From positions 18,458 to 82,457 of the forward strand of contig JBKHII010000003.1 of NCBI GenBank assembly GCA_046538735.1: a stretch of DNA of 64,000 bases, written 5' to 3'. The stretch is from Spirochaetales bacterium. Its GTDB lineage: Bacteria; Spirochaetota; Spirochaetia; DSM-27196; SLST01. Positions 9,672-19,158 of this stretch are shown one piece after another. A program made the translations under genes and the position numbers. Each line of letters opens with the position of its first letter. Position 1 is the stretch's first letter. Under the pieces are notes generated by a model that saw only the letters and a program-made list of their open reading frames with translations, was not told where the DNA came from and made no database searches.

Positions 9672-10927
9672 TAGAAGTTCGTCCTGAGCACCTCGCGCGC
9701 CTTGTTGAGGACCGACTCCGGTCTCAGGGGCTTCGTGATGTAGCTTCGTACCCCGAGCTTCATCGCGCTGACCACCGTATCGCGCTCGGAGAGCGCGGAG
9801 AGCACGATGATCGGGACTTCCGTTCCCTCTCTCTTGAGCTCGGACATCACGCGGAACCCGCCCATTTCCGGCATCATGATATCGAGAAAAACGAGGTCGA
9901 ACTCGCCGCGCTCGGGATCCGACATGAACTGCTTCCCGGTCTCGTACTCCCTGATGCGGAATCCTGTATCGCCCAGGACCGCCTTCACCATCTCACGAAT
10001 GACGAAATCGTCGTCAACGATCGCGACCGAAACGGCGTCTCCCACTTCCTTGAGATCGAACTTCGGACGTTCGCCTTCGAACTGTATATGGATCGACTCC
10101 TGGTGCTCTTTCTGCGGAGCGGACGCTCTCAGGAACTCCTCGTGAACAGTCTTGCTCTCGCGGTCGATGTAGCTGCCCGCCTTCCGCCCGAGCAGACCGT
10201 CCATCGCGTCCTCGAGCGCGTTCGTCACCTCTATGCCCGCGTAGTCCGACCTCTCGTCCACGAACTCGCGCACGTAGTCGGAATTCGTCAAGATCTTCAC
10301 CTGCCGCGGTTTGGCTCCGGTGTTCTGGAGAACCGTACTCAGCAACGCGGCGAGTTTGATGGAATCGTTGGGGCCCACCTCGATGCTCGACATGATGATC
10401 AGCACCCGTGGACTCGTGACTTCGTAGAGCTCCATGAGCTCAACGATCTTGTAGCGGAGAAGCTCGATCTTCTCGTTGTTCAGCCCTTGCGCTACCTCTA
10501 TGAAGAGAATGTCCTCGTTGAAGTGGGCCTCGATGATGCACGGCGTGGAATCGATCTCGAGCGTGACGCCGAGGAGCTCCGAGATCGTCTTGACGACCGC
10601 GTCGATCCGGATCGGCTTCGTGAAGAACTTCTTCACGTTGTACTTCGCGACCTCAATCAGCTTCTCTCGATCAACCTTGCCCGATGCCATGATGACGGGT
10701 ATTCCGGCGACGTTCGGATCCTCCTTCTTTTTCTGAAGGAGCTCCACCGCGCTCGTGCGCGAGAGATAGTAGTCCATGATCACAAGATCGGGGACCTCAC
10801 GGCGGAGCTTCGCGGCGCCGTCGAGACCGTTCACGGCACGGACCACCTCAAAGCCGAACTCCTCGAGCTTGCCGCAGAGAAAATCGCGGAAGAGCTTGGA
10901 TTCATCAACAACGAGTATCTTCTTCAC
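9671..10927 (-). CDS. Response regulator with REC - STAS-like - REC architecture, no DNA-binding domain
   Basis: The N-terminal REC ('[20 protein letters not shown]') and C-terminal REC ('[23 protein letters not shown]') flank a ~170-aa segment with an anti-sigma-antagonist-like pattern ('[22 protein letters not shown]...[22 protein letters not shown]'). Its stop overlaps the kinase start (TAATG). Confidence 0.8.
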   Translation of the reverse strand: MKKILVVDESKLFRDFLCGKLEEFGFEVVRAVNGLDGAAKLRREVPDLVIMDYYLSRTSAVELLQKKKEDPNVAGIPVIMASGKVDREKLIEVAKYNVKKFFTKPIRIDAVVKTISELLGVTLEIDSTPCIIEAHFNEDILFIEVAQGLNNEKIELLRYKIVELMELYEVTSPRVLIIMSSIEVGPNDSIKLAALLSTVLQNTGAKPRQVKILTNSDYVREFVDERSDYAGIEVTNALEDAMDGLLGRKAGSYIDRESKTVHEEFLRASAPQKEHQESIHIQFEGERPKFDLKEVGDAVSVAIVDDDFVIREMVKAVLGDTGFRIREYETGKQFMSDPERGEFDLVFLDIMMPEMGGFRVMSELKREGTEVPIIVLSALSERDTVVSAMKLGVRSYITKPLRPESVLNKAREVLRTNF

Positions 10928-11028
10928 GGTGCTTCCTTCGGAATGGTCTCACGAACAGTTGTAGTCAGCCACAATTGCTTGCGCAAGCAGGATTTTCCGG
11001 CGTGAACGGGCCGCGGGAACCGTTCCGG

Positions 11029-11057
11029 TTGACCCGCGCCGGGCGACCGACTACGAT
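11029..11057 (+). promoter_or_regulatory. Putative promoter TTGACC - 17 nt - TACGAT - 8 nt - ATG
   Basis: TTGACC at 11029-11034, TACGAT at 11052-11057, ATG at 11066. No SD. Register verified against the overlapping track ORF. Confidence 0.4.
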
Positions 11058-11065
11058 GCGAGTCC

Positions 11066-12166
11066 ATGAAGCACCGATTCGCGGCCGCGTTGCTCCTGGT
11101 CGTCGCGTCCTTCGCCGGCGCAGATGAGGAACACTGGGAACTCAGGCTCGGACCTCGCATCTGGGGGTTCAACCTTGGTGCAAGGTACATGATTGAACCG
11201 GCAACCGTCGAGACCGTAGAGACGTCGATCACCGGTCTCCTGTCAGCAGCGTACCAGGGCGTCAACTACTACCGTGCGCCGGACGGCGCGCTCGTCACAC
11301 CCGATTTCCCACCTGACGACACCGGCTACAGTCGCGCCGACCTCATCTACGAGCTCGGCCTCCAGCAAGGGATTCTTCCCAGGGCCGATTCCGAGGCCGA
11401 TCTCGCCGTGGGCTTCCTCCTCTACCGCGGCCAGTACGACTACCCCTTCGCGAACGACACACTCTTCTTCCAGAGCCCCCGACCCGAGACGGCCGGGAGC
11501 TGGCGCGGATCGTTCGTGGGCGGTGCAGCGTACTCGAGCGTCACGACCGATCCCGTGACCAGGGTGACGGCGGGGTCGCGCGCGGAGCTCGCAATCGAGT
11601 GGGGACCCGCGTTTCTCCACAACCAGATACTGGGCGAGGCCGACTACAACCGCACCACCCTTTCGGCCCGTGCGTACGCTCCGCTGCTGACTGTGGTCCC
11701 GACCGAGGGGCGCAACGTCTTCTCCTCGTTTCTGGCGCTCTACGGAGAGATCGACTGGATTACGGGTCCGGAGATACCGGATATCATCCGATCCACGACC
11801 GGTGGGCGGTCGATGCGTCCGGCGCCCGGCGGGTCGATTCGCGGCTACGGCAACGGCCGCTTCGATTCCACGTTCAAGATCGTGACGAACGCAGACCTTC
11901 GTCTCATGCTGCCCGCAATCGTTCTTCCTTCGATCGTGCCGGGAATCGTGCTGTACACGGACGCCGGCTACTTCTCCGACGCCGAGCGGCTCTCCCCGAA
12001 CGAGGCCGATCACTCCGGCTTCCTCCTCACGAGCGGAGCCGGACTGTCGATCGACATGTTCAACGCGGTGGCCCTGGTCTTCTACACGAACTACCTCTGG
12101 CTCGAGCCGAGTGTCTCGGGAGATCGCTGGGTCCCGTTCGGCTTGGGATTCGGATTCCACTTCTGA
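11066..12166 (+). CDS. Outer-membrane beta-barrel protein (Omp85/surface-antigen-like C-terminus)
   Basis: Signal peptide 'MKHRFAAALLLVVASFAGA'. Alternating amphipathic strands. C-terminal 'FGLGFGFHF' ends in Phe, as OM beta-barrels typically do. Confidence 0.55.
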   Translation: MKHRFAAALLLVVASFAGADEEHWELRLGPRIWGFNLGARYMIEPATVETVETSITGLLSAAYQGVNYYRAPDGALVTPDFPPDDTGYSRADLIYELGLQQGILPRADSEADLAVGFLLYRGQYDYPFANDTLFFQSPRPETAGSWRGSFVGGAAYSSVTTDPVTRVTAGSRAELAIEWGPAFLHNQILGEADYNRTTLSARAYAPLLTVVPTEGRNVFSSFLALYGEIDWITGPEIPDIIRSTTGGRSMRPAPGGSIRGYGNGRFDSTFKIVTNADLRLMLPAIVLPSIVPGIVLYTDAGYFSDAERLSPNEADHSGFLLTSGAGLSIDMFNAVALVFYTNYLWLEPSVSGDRWVPFGLGFGFHF

Positions 12167-14112
12167 TGCGCATCATCGACTCCGCGACGGGTCTCCCGGT
12201 CGCCGACCCGGACCTGCCGCTGATAGACGGTGCCGCCGCCGACCGTCCGACCGGTGAGTGGGTGCAACGCGTGCGCGAGGCGGTCGATCGAATGATTCTC
12301 TCGGCCTCGGGCTGGCGAGCGGTATTCGCCGCGGATCGCTCCGAGGAGAGCCGCACGACCGAGGTCGAGGCGGAGTTCCTGATTGTCGCGGCGATCGCGG
12401 CGAGGAGCTTCCTCGAGATGCTCCGAGAGCGCGTGCACCGCACACCGACGATCGCCCTGGGAATGGACACGCGACCGACCGGCCCGGCCGTCGCGCGAGC
12501 GGCGCTCGGCAGCTTCCTCGCGGCCGAGGCGGAAGTAGACTATCTGTTCGTCACCGCTTCTCCGGAGATCATGGCGTACGCCGCCCGCTCCAACGATGTG
12601 GACGGCTTCTTCTACGTGAGCGCAAGTCACAATCCGATCGGACACAACGGCCTGAAGATGGGCGGGGCCGACGGTGGCGTCCTCGGCGGCGACGCCGCCG
12701 CCACGCTCCTTCGCTCGTTCCTCGAGCGCACCGAACACGCGGCTTCGATCACCGAGGCTCTCGAACGCTTGACGCTCCCCGCGCAACCGGACGAGCGCGA
12801 CTGCTACGATCGAATCGCCGACTGCAAGGCGAAGGCGCTCGCCGAGTACGAAGCCTTCTGCCGCGACGTCATTCGCGGCCCCGGCGTACGGTCCGAGCAG
12901 GCGTACGACGAGTTCCTCCGCGCCGTCCGGCGGGCCCGTCCCGGAATCGTGGGCGATCTGAACGGCAGTGCGCGTGCGGCATCGATCGACCGCGCCTTCC
13001 TGGAGAAGACCGGGTGCTCGCTCTACCTTTTCAACGACACGCCCGGCGACGTGGCGCATCAGATCGTCCCGGAAGGGGCCGGGCTCGCCCCGTGCCGGGA
13101 GCGCCTGGACAGCCTCGTCCAAAGCGGAGCGTACGTTGACCTCGGCTACGTCCCGGATAACGACGGCGATCGCGGAAACCTCGTCGTCTACGATCCCGCG
13201 GTCGCCGGCGCGCGCCCGCTCTTCGCGCAGGAGGTGTTCGCACTCTCCGTGGTCGCCGAGCTCGGTTGGCTCGTCTACACGGGAGCCCTGAGCTACTCTC
13301 CCGAAGGGGTGCCGGAGACGCCGGTTGCGGTCGTCGTCAACGGCCCCACATCGCTGCGAATCGAGCGAATCGCCGCTGCCTTCGGTGCCGAGGTGCATCG
13401 GGCGGAAGTCGGCGAGGCGAACGTGGTGGGCCGCGCCCGCGAGCTGCGAAGCGAAGGGTACCTCGTCCGAATCCTCGGCGAGGGCTCGAACGGCGGCAAC
13501 ATCACGCATCCTTCGGCCGTCCGCGATCCGCTCCACACGCTGCACGCGGTCCTGAAACTCGTGTACGCGCCGGCGACCCGGAGAAACCCTTCACCGACGC
13601 AGATATGGCTCGCTCGCATCGCGACAACCGACGGGGAGCGCACGATCCCCGTCCACGACTCGCCTCGCCTGAGCGACATCCTCTCCTCGCTTCCGCGCTT
13701 CACGACGACGAACGCGTTCGAGCCGGAGGCGAAGATGCAGATCCGCAGCACCTCGCACGCAGCGCTCAAGGCCGAGCTCGAGACGCTGCTTCCCGAAGCC
13801 TTCGAGACGGTTGCATCTCGACTCCCTGCGGAGCTCGCAATCCGCTCCTACGAGATCGTCAACTACGAAGGGACACGGACCCTCGTGGGCATGGGGAACC
13901 GAACCGGAGAAGAACGCGGGGGACTGAAGGTTGTGCTCCTGGACGATCGGCACGCGGCGAGAGGATTCGTCTGGATGCGCGGAAGCGGCACCGAGCCGGT
14001 CTTTCGCGTCATGGCGGACGTTGAAGGTGACCGGCCCGAGACCGAGCGTACGCTCCTGGAATGGATCCGGGACCTCGTACGGCGGGCGGACGGAATCGCT
14101 AGCGCAGGCTGA
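12166..14112 (+). CDS. Alpha-D-phosphohexomutase family protein (phosphogluco/phosphomannomutase-like)
   Basis: Start at ATG 12166 (TGATG overlap with the barrel gene). Active-site loop 'FYVSASHNPIGHNGLK', Mg loop 'GYVPDNDGDRG', sugar/phosphate loops 'GEGSNGG' and 'RGSGTEPVFRV'. The track ORF's 11599-12165 extension lies inside the previous gene. Confidence 0.8.
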   Translation: MRIIDSATGLPVADPDLPLIDGAAADRPTGEWVQRVREAVDRMILSASGWRAVFAADRSEESRTTEVEAEFLIVAAIAARSFLEMLRERVHRTPTIALGMDTRPTGPAVARAALGSFLAAEAEVDYLFVTASPEIMAYAARSNDVDGFFYVSASHNPIGHNGLKMGGADGGVLGGDAAATLLRSFLERTEHAASITEALERLTLPAQPDERDCYDRIADCKAKALAEYEAFCRDVIRGPGVRSEQAYDEFLRAVRRARPGIVGDLNGSARAASIDRAFLEKTGCSLYLFNDTPGDVAHQIVPEGAGLAPCRERLDSLVQSGAYVDLGYVPDNDGDRGNLVVYDPAVAGARPLFAQEVFALSVVAELGWLVYTGALSYSPEGVPETPVAVVVNGPTSLRIERIAAAFGAEVHRAEVGEANVVGRARELRSEGYLVRILGEGSNGGNITHPSAVRDPLHTLHAVLKLVYAPATRRNPSPTQIWLARIATTDGERTIPVHDSPRLSDILSSLPRFTTTNAFEPEAKMQIRSTSHAALKAELETLLPEAFETVASRLPAELAIRSYEIVNYEGTRTLVGMGNRTGEERGGLKVVLLDDRHAARGFVWMRGSGTEPVFRVMADVEGDRPETERTLLEWIRDLVRRADGIASAG

Positions 14113-15679
14113 TCCGTCTTCCTTCGATCGCTATCATCCCGTCGCGTTCGAGACCCTCGAGCGCCGCAGCGAGGCGCGAGTCGGTCGGGCCCACGGCGAG
14201 CTCGAGCTCCTCGATCGAGACGCTCCGCCGTTGCGTCAGCGCCCGGACGATGCGTCCGCGGACCTCGCGGACGGACCCGGCGAACGGACTCTGCCTGGCG
14301 TAGTGAGAGCTGCGACGATTCGCGTTCGGTGCGAGCCTCCCGAGCCACGCACCATAGTCCATGAGCGCGTAGTACCAGTGGCGCACCGAACCGCCGAGCG
14401 TGCGCGAGCCGGCGATCAGCATGGATTCCACGAGCGGTTCGATCTCGCGGTCGTGGACGGATTCCGCGAGGGGGTGGAAGAAGTGGATAAACAGGCGACG
14501 AATGTTCGTCTCCACGACCACGACCGGCGACTCAAACGCGAACGCGGCGACCGCCGCGGCCGTATACGGGCCTACTCCAGGGAGAGACTTCAGCGCATCT
14601 ACGTCTCGAGGCACGCAGCCGGCGAATCGTTCCACGATAGCCCGCGCGGCCTCGCGCAGGTTCCTGCCGCGACGGTTGTAGCCCAGCCCCTGCCAGAACG
14701 AGAGCACGTCCTGAAGGGACGCACGGGCGAGCGAGTCGACCGTAGGAAACCGCTCGAGGAAGGCGCGGTACTTCGGCTCAACTCGCGCCACCTGCGTCTG
14801 CTGCAGCATGAACTCCGAGACGAGAATCCGATACGGGTCGCTCTCTTCGCGCCACGGCATGGGCCGGCGCGCTCCCTTGTAGAAATCGCGCACCACGGTG
14901 GAGAATCGCTTTGCGGTCTCGCCCGCCTGCGCGTTGCGCGGCGCGAGACCGAATCGAGCGACGATGCCGGTCGGATCGAGACGCGCGGGACCGCCCACGA
15001 TCACGACATCGGCCTTCCGAAACGCCTCGAGCGTCTCGGTCCCGGGGGCCGGCACGGCGACGACGCGCATACCCGCACGCGAGGCCGCCTCGACTCCGTA
15101 CTGAGAATCCTCGATCACCATGCAGCGATGGGGAGCGACATCGAGCCGGCGTGCGGCTTCCAGGAAGGTATCGGGCTCCGGCTTTGACCGGGCAACGTCG
15201 TCACGGGAGACGGTTGCCGAGAAGTACCCGGACAGGCCGGCCTCGGCGAGCGACGCATCGAGCACCTTGCGTTGGGACGAGGTACCAACAGCGAGGGAGT
15301 ACCCGTGGACGTAGAGGTAGCGAACGAGCTCGAGCATCGCGGGAAAGGCGTGTGTCCGTCCTGCCGCGTAGTCGAGGTAGAGCGCGTCCTTCTCCGCGAG
15401 CAAACCGTCGGCACTACCCTCGACTCCAAACCTGGAACGGAGGAGCTCCATGAACGGGCCGCCGCCCATTCCCACGATATCGTCCCAGTCGAGCTCGGAT
15501 ACGGGAACTCCTTTGGCGGCGACGAAGCGTTCGTCGGTTACGCGGTAATTCGGCTCGCTGTCCACCAGGGTGCCGTCCAGATCGAAAACGACGGCCTGGA
15601 TCGGCTGCGCCTCGCGACTCAGGCGCTCTTCTCCCGCTTCTTTCGGGCGTCTTCCGCCTTGCGGCTGATCTTGTTCCAC
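14099..15679 (-). CDS. Fusion: HAD-superfamily phosphatase (beta-PGM-like) + HhH-GPD MutY/Nth-like DNA glycosylase + C-terminal winged-helix-like tail
   Basis: HAD motifs '[12 protein letters not shown]', 'VGTSS', 'KPEPD', 'MVIEDSQYG'. Then '[13 protein letters not shown]', 'GLGYNRR' and the helix-hairpin-helix '[12 protein letters not shown]'. No Cys-x6-C-x2-C-x5-C cluster and no NUDIX-like domain. Start uncertain: ATG 15679 overlaps trpS by 60 nt, and a CTG overlapping the trpS stop is possible. Confidence 0.7.
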   Translation of the reverse strand: MEQDQPQGGRRPKEAGEERLSREAQPIQAVVFDLDGTLVDSEPNYRVTDERFVAAKGVPVSELDWDDIVGMGGGPFMELLRSRFGVEGSADGLLAEKDALYLDYAAGRTHAFPAMLELVRYLYVHGYSLAVGTSSQRKVLDASLAEAGLSGYFSATVSRDDVARSKPEPDTFLEAARRLDVAPHRCMVIEDSQYGVEAASRAGMRVVAVPAPGTETLEAFRKADVVIVGGPARLDPTGIVARFGLAPRNAQAGETAKRFSTVVRDFYKGARRPMPWREESDPYRILVSEFMLQQTQVARVEPKYRAFLERFPTVDSLARASLQDVLSFWQGLGYNRRGRNLREAARAIVERFAGCVPRDVDALKSLPGVGPYTAAAVAAFAFESPVVVVETNIRRLFIHFFHPLAESVHDREIEPLVESMLIAGSRTLGGSVRHWYYALMDYGAWLGRLAPNANRRSSHYARQSPFAGSVREVRGRIVRALTQRRSVSIEELELAVGPTDSRLAAALEGLERDGMIAIEGRRISLR

Positions 15680-16680
15680 ACGCCGGTCAGGCCCATCGCC
15701 TTCTTGGCGGCGACGATCGTCGCGCGCGCTTCATCGCGCATCCGCATCGTTCCGTCGTAGAGCACCTCGTCCACGAAACCGGTGCGATTCTCGTACTCGC
15801 TACGCCGTTCGCGGATCGGATCGAGAAAGGCGTTGATCGCCGCGGCGAGCTTCGTCTTCACCTCAACGTCGCCCACGGTGCCGCTGCGGTAGCGCTGCTT
15901 GAGCTCGTCCACCTCGTCCTTCTCCGGATTGAACGCGTCGTGGTAGATGAACACGGGGTTCCCTTCCACCGTACCCGGGACGTCCGCGCTGACGCGGTTC
16001 GGATCCGTGTACATGCCGCGGACCTTCTTCTCCACGGTCTTCGCGTCGTCGCTCAGGTAGATTGTGTTGCCCAGGCTCTTGCTCATCTTCGCCCGTCCGT
16101 CCGTGCCAACGAGCGTGGCGACCTCGCCGAGGAGCACGTCCGGAACCGGAAATACGTCGCCGTAGTAGTTGTTGAACCTTCGGGCGATCTCGCGAGTGAG
16201 CTCAACGTGCGCGACGTTGTCCTTTCCGACCGGCACGAGGTGCGCCCTGGGCAACAGGATATCCGCGGACTGGAGCACCGGATAGCCGAGCAGACCGAAC
16301 GGCATCTCGTTCAACTCGGCGTCGCGCGCCATGTCCTTGAGACTCGGCATCCGCTGGAGACGCGGAACCGTGACGAGCATCTCGAAGAAGAGGTTGAGCT
16401 CGTGCGTCTCGGGCACGGCGCTCTGGAGGTAGACGGTGCTCCGCTCCGGATCGATCCCGCAGGCGAGATAGTCGAGCACCATCTGGCGCGCGTTGGTCGT
16501 GATCGCCTCAACGTGCTCCTTCTCCGGTTTCGTCGTGAGCATGTGGAGATCGGCCACGATGAAGAAGCATTCGTACTCGTCCTGCAGCCGAACACGGTTC
16601 TGGAGCGAGCCTACGTAGTGGCCAAGGTGGAGCCGTCCGGTCGGCCGGTCTCCGGTGAGAATCCGTTTTCGTTCCTGCAT
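15619..16680 (-). CDS. trpS: Tryptophan--tRNA ligase
   Basis: '[16 protein letters not shown]' (HIGH region) and 'KMSKSLGN' (KMSKS), with class Ic TrpS length and pattern. Confidence 0.95.
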   Translation of the reverse strand: MQERKRILTGDRPTGRLHLGHYVGSLQNRVRLQDEYECFFIVADLHMLTTKPEKEHVEAITTNARQMVLDYLACGIDPERSTVYLQSAVPETHELNLFFEMLVTVPRLQRMPSLKDMARDAELNEMPFGLLGYPVLQSADILLPRAHLVPVGKDNVAHVELTREIARRFNNYYGDVFPVPDVLLGEVATLVGTDGRAKMSKSLGNTIYLSDDAKTVEKKVRGMYTDPNRVSADVPGTVEGNPVFIYHDAFNPEKDEVDELKQRYRSGTVGDVEVKTKLAAAINAFLDPIRERRSEYENRTGFVDEVLYDGTMRMRDEARATIVAAKKAMGLTGVWNKISRKAEDARKKREKSA

Positions 16681-16682
16681 TG

Positions 16683-17735
16683 CTACGTTTCCTCTTTCTC
16701 GGCGCGACCCATGAGGACGCCGAGGAACTCAAAGCCCGGGATGTTCTCGAAAACGATCTTGAGCGCCACGGTGAGAGGCACCGCGAGGAAAAGCCCCACG
16801 ATTCCCCAGAGCCATCCCCAGAACAGCAACGAAAAGAGGATGACGACCGGGCTGATCTTGAGTTGGTCGCCCTGCAGCTTTGGATCGATCACATTGCCGA
16901 GAACGAGCTGGATTGTCAACATCGATGCCGCGGCCGCGACGATCGGTCTCGGTTCGGGGTAGAACTGAGCGAACGCGAAGAGCGCGCTCGTCACGCCGAT
17001 CAGAATCGAGCCGATCGACGGGATGAAGTTGAAGAGGAAGCTGAGCGCGCCCCACAGCAGCGCGAACTCCACGCCGATGAATCTGAACGACACCCAAACG
17101 AGAAAGCCGGTAGCAAGGCTCACGACCAGCTTCACCGAAAGGTAGCGTCCGATCTGAGCGTTCGTGTGACCGACGATCCGCCAGATCGTCTCGGTTCGCG
17201 GCCCCTGGAGCGCCTCCATAACCTTGGGCCGCAGGTACGGTTTCTCGAGCAGCAGGAAGAGCAGGAAGACGAGCACCATCGTGAGGCTGCCGAGCACGGT
17301 CAGGAATCCCCCCGAGAACGACACGAGGTACTGCCTGAGCGTCGGCGTGTAGTCGAACTCCGCGAGCAGCTCAGGAGGCAGGTCGAGGGCTTCGAGCAGC
17401 TGTGCAACGAGATTCACCAACCGGTCCACGTAGCGCGGCAACTGCCGCACGACGCTCTGTACGCTCGAATAGAGAAAGAACACGACGAGCGACCCCACGC
17501 CGAGCAGAAGCACGATCACGAAGAGGATACCCGCGAGCCGCGGCACCCTGATGCGGTGCAGGCGCTCCACGATCGGGTTCAGAACGAAGCTCAACAGCAG
17601 CGCGATCACGAGCGGCTGCACGAAGCTCGCCGTGAGCTTCAGCACGGCGCCCACGGTAATGACCGTGAGCACGAGCAGAAGCGCGTTCGTGAGGCGCTGC
17701 TGGTCGAGATGGGGTCTGTCGAACTCGTCGCTCAT
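16683..17735 (-). CDS. AI-2E family transporter (PerM/UPF0118)
   Basis: 350-aa polytopic membrane protein. '[15 protein letters not shown]' and '[29 protein letters not shown]' are characteristic of the AI-2E family. Confidence 0.8.
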   Translation of the reverse strand: MSDEFDRPHLDQQRLTNALLLVLTVITVGAVLKLTASFVQPLVIALLLSFVLNPIVERLHRIRVPRLAGILFVIVLLLGVGSLVVFFLYSSVQSVVRQLPRYVDRLVNLVAQLLEALDLPPELLAEFDYTPTLRQYLVSFSGGFLTVLGSLTMVLVFLLFLLLEKPYLRPKVMEALQGPRTETIWRIVGHTNAQIGRYLSVKLVVSLATGFLVWVSFRFIGVEFALLWGALSFLFNFIPSIGSILIGVTSALFAFAQFYPEPRPIVAAAASMLTIQLVLGNVIDPKLQGDQLKISPVVILFSLLFWGWLWGIVGLFLAVPLTVALKIVFENIPGFEFLGVLMGRAEKEET

Positions 17736-17750
17736 CGGTCCCGGCCTCGA

Positions 17751-19139
17751 CTATGCGTGGATCACCCATCCCTCCGCGGCACGAGCGGCCTCCATCACCG
17801 CTTCCGAGAGCGTGGGATGGGCGTGGATCATCGTCGCGATGTCCTCGGGCAACAGCTCGCTCTTCTTGCCGAGCAGGAGCTCGTGGATGAGCTCGGTTGC
17901 GGTGCTTCCGGCCACGTGCGCCGCGAGGAACTCGTGCGACTCCCGGTCGTAGAGGATCTTCACGAGACCGTCCGGCTGACCGATCGCGACCGACTTGCCG
18001 GCGCCCCGGTAGGGGAAGACAGCCTTCTCGAACTTCAGCCCGCGCTCGGCCGCCTGCTCCTCCGTGGGACCGAAGCTCGCGATCTGCGGCTCGGTGTAGA
18101 TTGCCGCCGGAATCAGGTCGGGATCCACACGCTTCTCGGGATCGTGACCGGCCATGTGCTCAACGGCGATCTCGCCTTCCTTGCTCGCCACGTGCGCGAG
18201 CTGCATCGTGGGGACGACGTCGCCGATCGCATAGATGTTTGCAACGTCCGTCTGATAGTAGTCGTGTATCTTGACGAAACCCTTCTCGGTCTTCACGCCG
18301 ACCTGCTCCAGGCCGATGTCCTCGGTATTTGGAGCACGGCCAACGCTAACGAGCAGCTTCTCGGCCTCGAGCGTCTTCGTGCCGTCTTTGCCCGACACCT
18401 CGAGCTTGATCCCGTTCTTGTTCTTCGTGAGGTTCTCCGCCTTCGTCGCGGTCATGATCTCCACGCCGCGCCGGCGAATGTCGCGCTCGAGCACCGCGAC
18501 CGCCTCCGAATCCGCATTCGGGATGATTCGGTCGAGCATCTCAACGACCGTCACCTCAACGCCGAATGAGCTCATCACGTGAGCGAACTCCATCCCGATG
18601 TAGCCGCCGCCGAGAATGATCATGCTCTTGGGAAGCTTCTCAAGATAGAGCGCGCCGGTGGACGAGAGCACCTGCTTCTCGTCGAACTCGAAGCCGGGAA
18701 TCGTGCGCGGCCGGCTTCCGGTCGCGACGATGATGTTCTTCGCAGTGACCTTGTTCTTGCCGTCTACGGTGACTTCGTGCCGGCCGGTGAGAACACCGGT
18801 ACCCTCGATATAGTCGACCTTGTTCTTCTTCAAGAGGGCCTGCACGCCTTTCACGATCCGCTCGGACACCCGTCGGCTTTTCTTGAATACCTTCGAGTAG
18901 TCGAGACCCGATTCGTCCACGGAGACGCCCATCTCCTCGAGCTCCTTGCGGTGCGAGAAGACCTCAGCCTGGTGGATCAACGCCTTGCTCGGGATGCACC
19001 CGATGTTGAGACACACACCGCCCGGCTTGTCCTTCTCGATCACGGCCGCCTTCATTCCGAGCTGGTTTGCGCGGATCGCGGCTACGTACCCGCCGGGACC
19101 GGAGCCGATTACTACTACGTCGTACTCATAATCTGCCAT
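17751..19139 (-). CDS. lpdA: Dihydrolipoyl dehydrogenase (E3)
   Basis: 'VVVIGSGPGGYVAAIRA' FAD site, redox disulfide 'GGVCLNIGCIPSKAL', C-terminal 'HAHPTLSE'. Confidence 0.95.
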   Translation of the reverse strand: MADYEYDVVVIGSGPGGYVAAIRANQLGMKAAVIEKDKPGGVCLNIGCIPSKALIHQAEVFSHRKELEEMGVSVDESGLDYSKVFKKSRRVSERIVKGVQALLKKNKVDYIEGTGVLTGRHEVTVDGKNKVTAKNIIVATGSRPRTIPGFEFDEKQVLSSTGALYLEKLPKSMIILGGGYIGMEFAHVMSSFGVEVTVVEMLDRIIPNADSEAVAVLERDIRRRGVEIMTATKAENLTKNKNGIKLEVSGKDGTKTLEAEKLLVSVGRAPNTEDIGLEQVGVKTEKGFVKIHDYYQTDVANIYAIGDVVPTMQLAHVASKEGEIAVEHMAGHDPEKRVDPDLIPAAIYTEPQIASFGPTEEQAAERGLKFEKAVFPYRGAGKSVAIGQPDGLVKILYDRESHEFLAAHVAGSTATELIHELLLGKKSELLPEDIATMIHAHPTLSEAVMEAARAAEGWVIHA

Positions 19140-19158
19140 TCGCCTCTCCTGAGTTACC

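Noticed and set aside
11599-12165. N-terminal 189-codon extension of the phosphohexomutase ORF
   Set aside because: It overlaps the 3' half of the barrel-protein gene out of frame. ATG 12166 forms a TGATG junction, and the recognisable mutase sequence starts there.
16680-18569. 629-aa plus-strand ORF
   Set aside because: It is entirely antisense to the well-supported AI-2E transporter and lpdA genes. The translation is Arg/Glu/His/Asp-rich and low-complexity, with no family motif. This is the typical mirror-frame open reading frame of GC-rich DNA.
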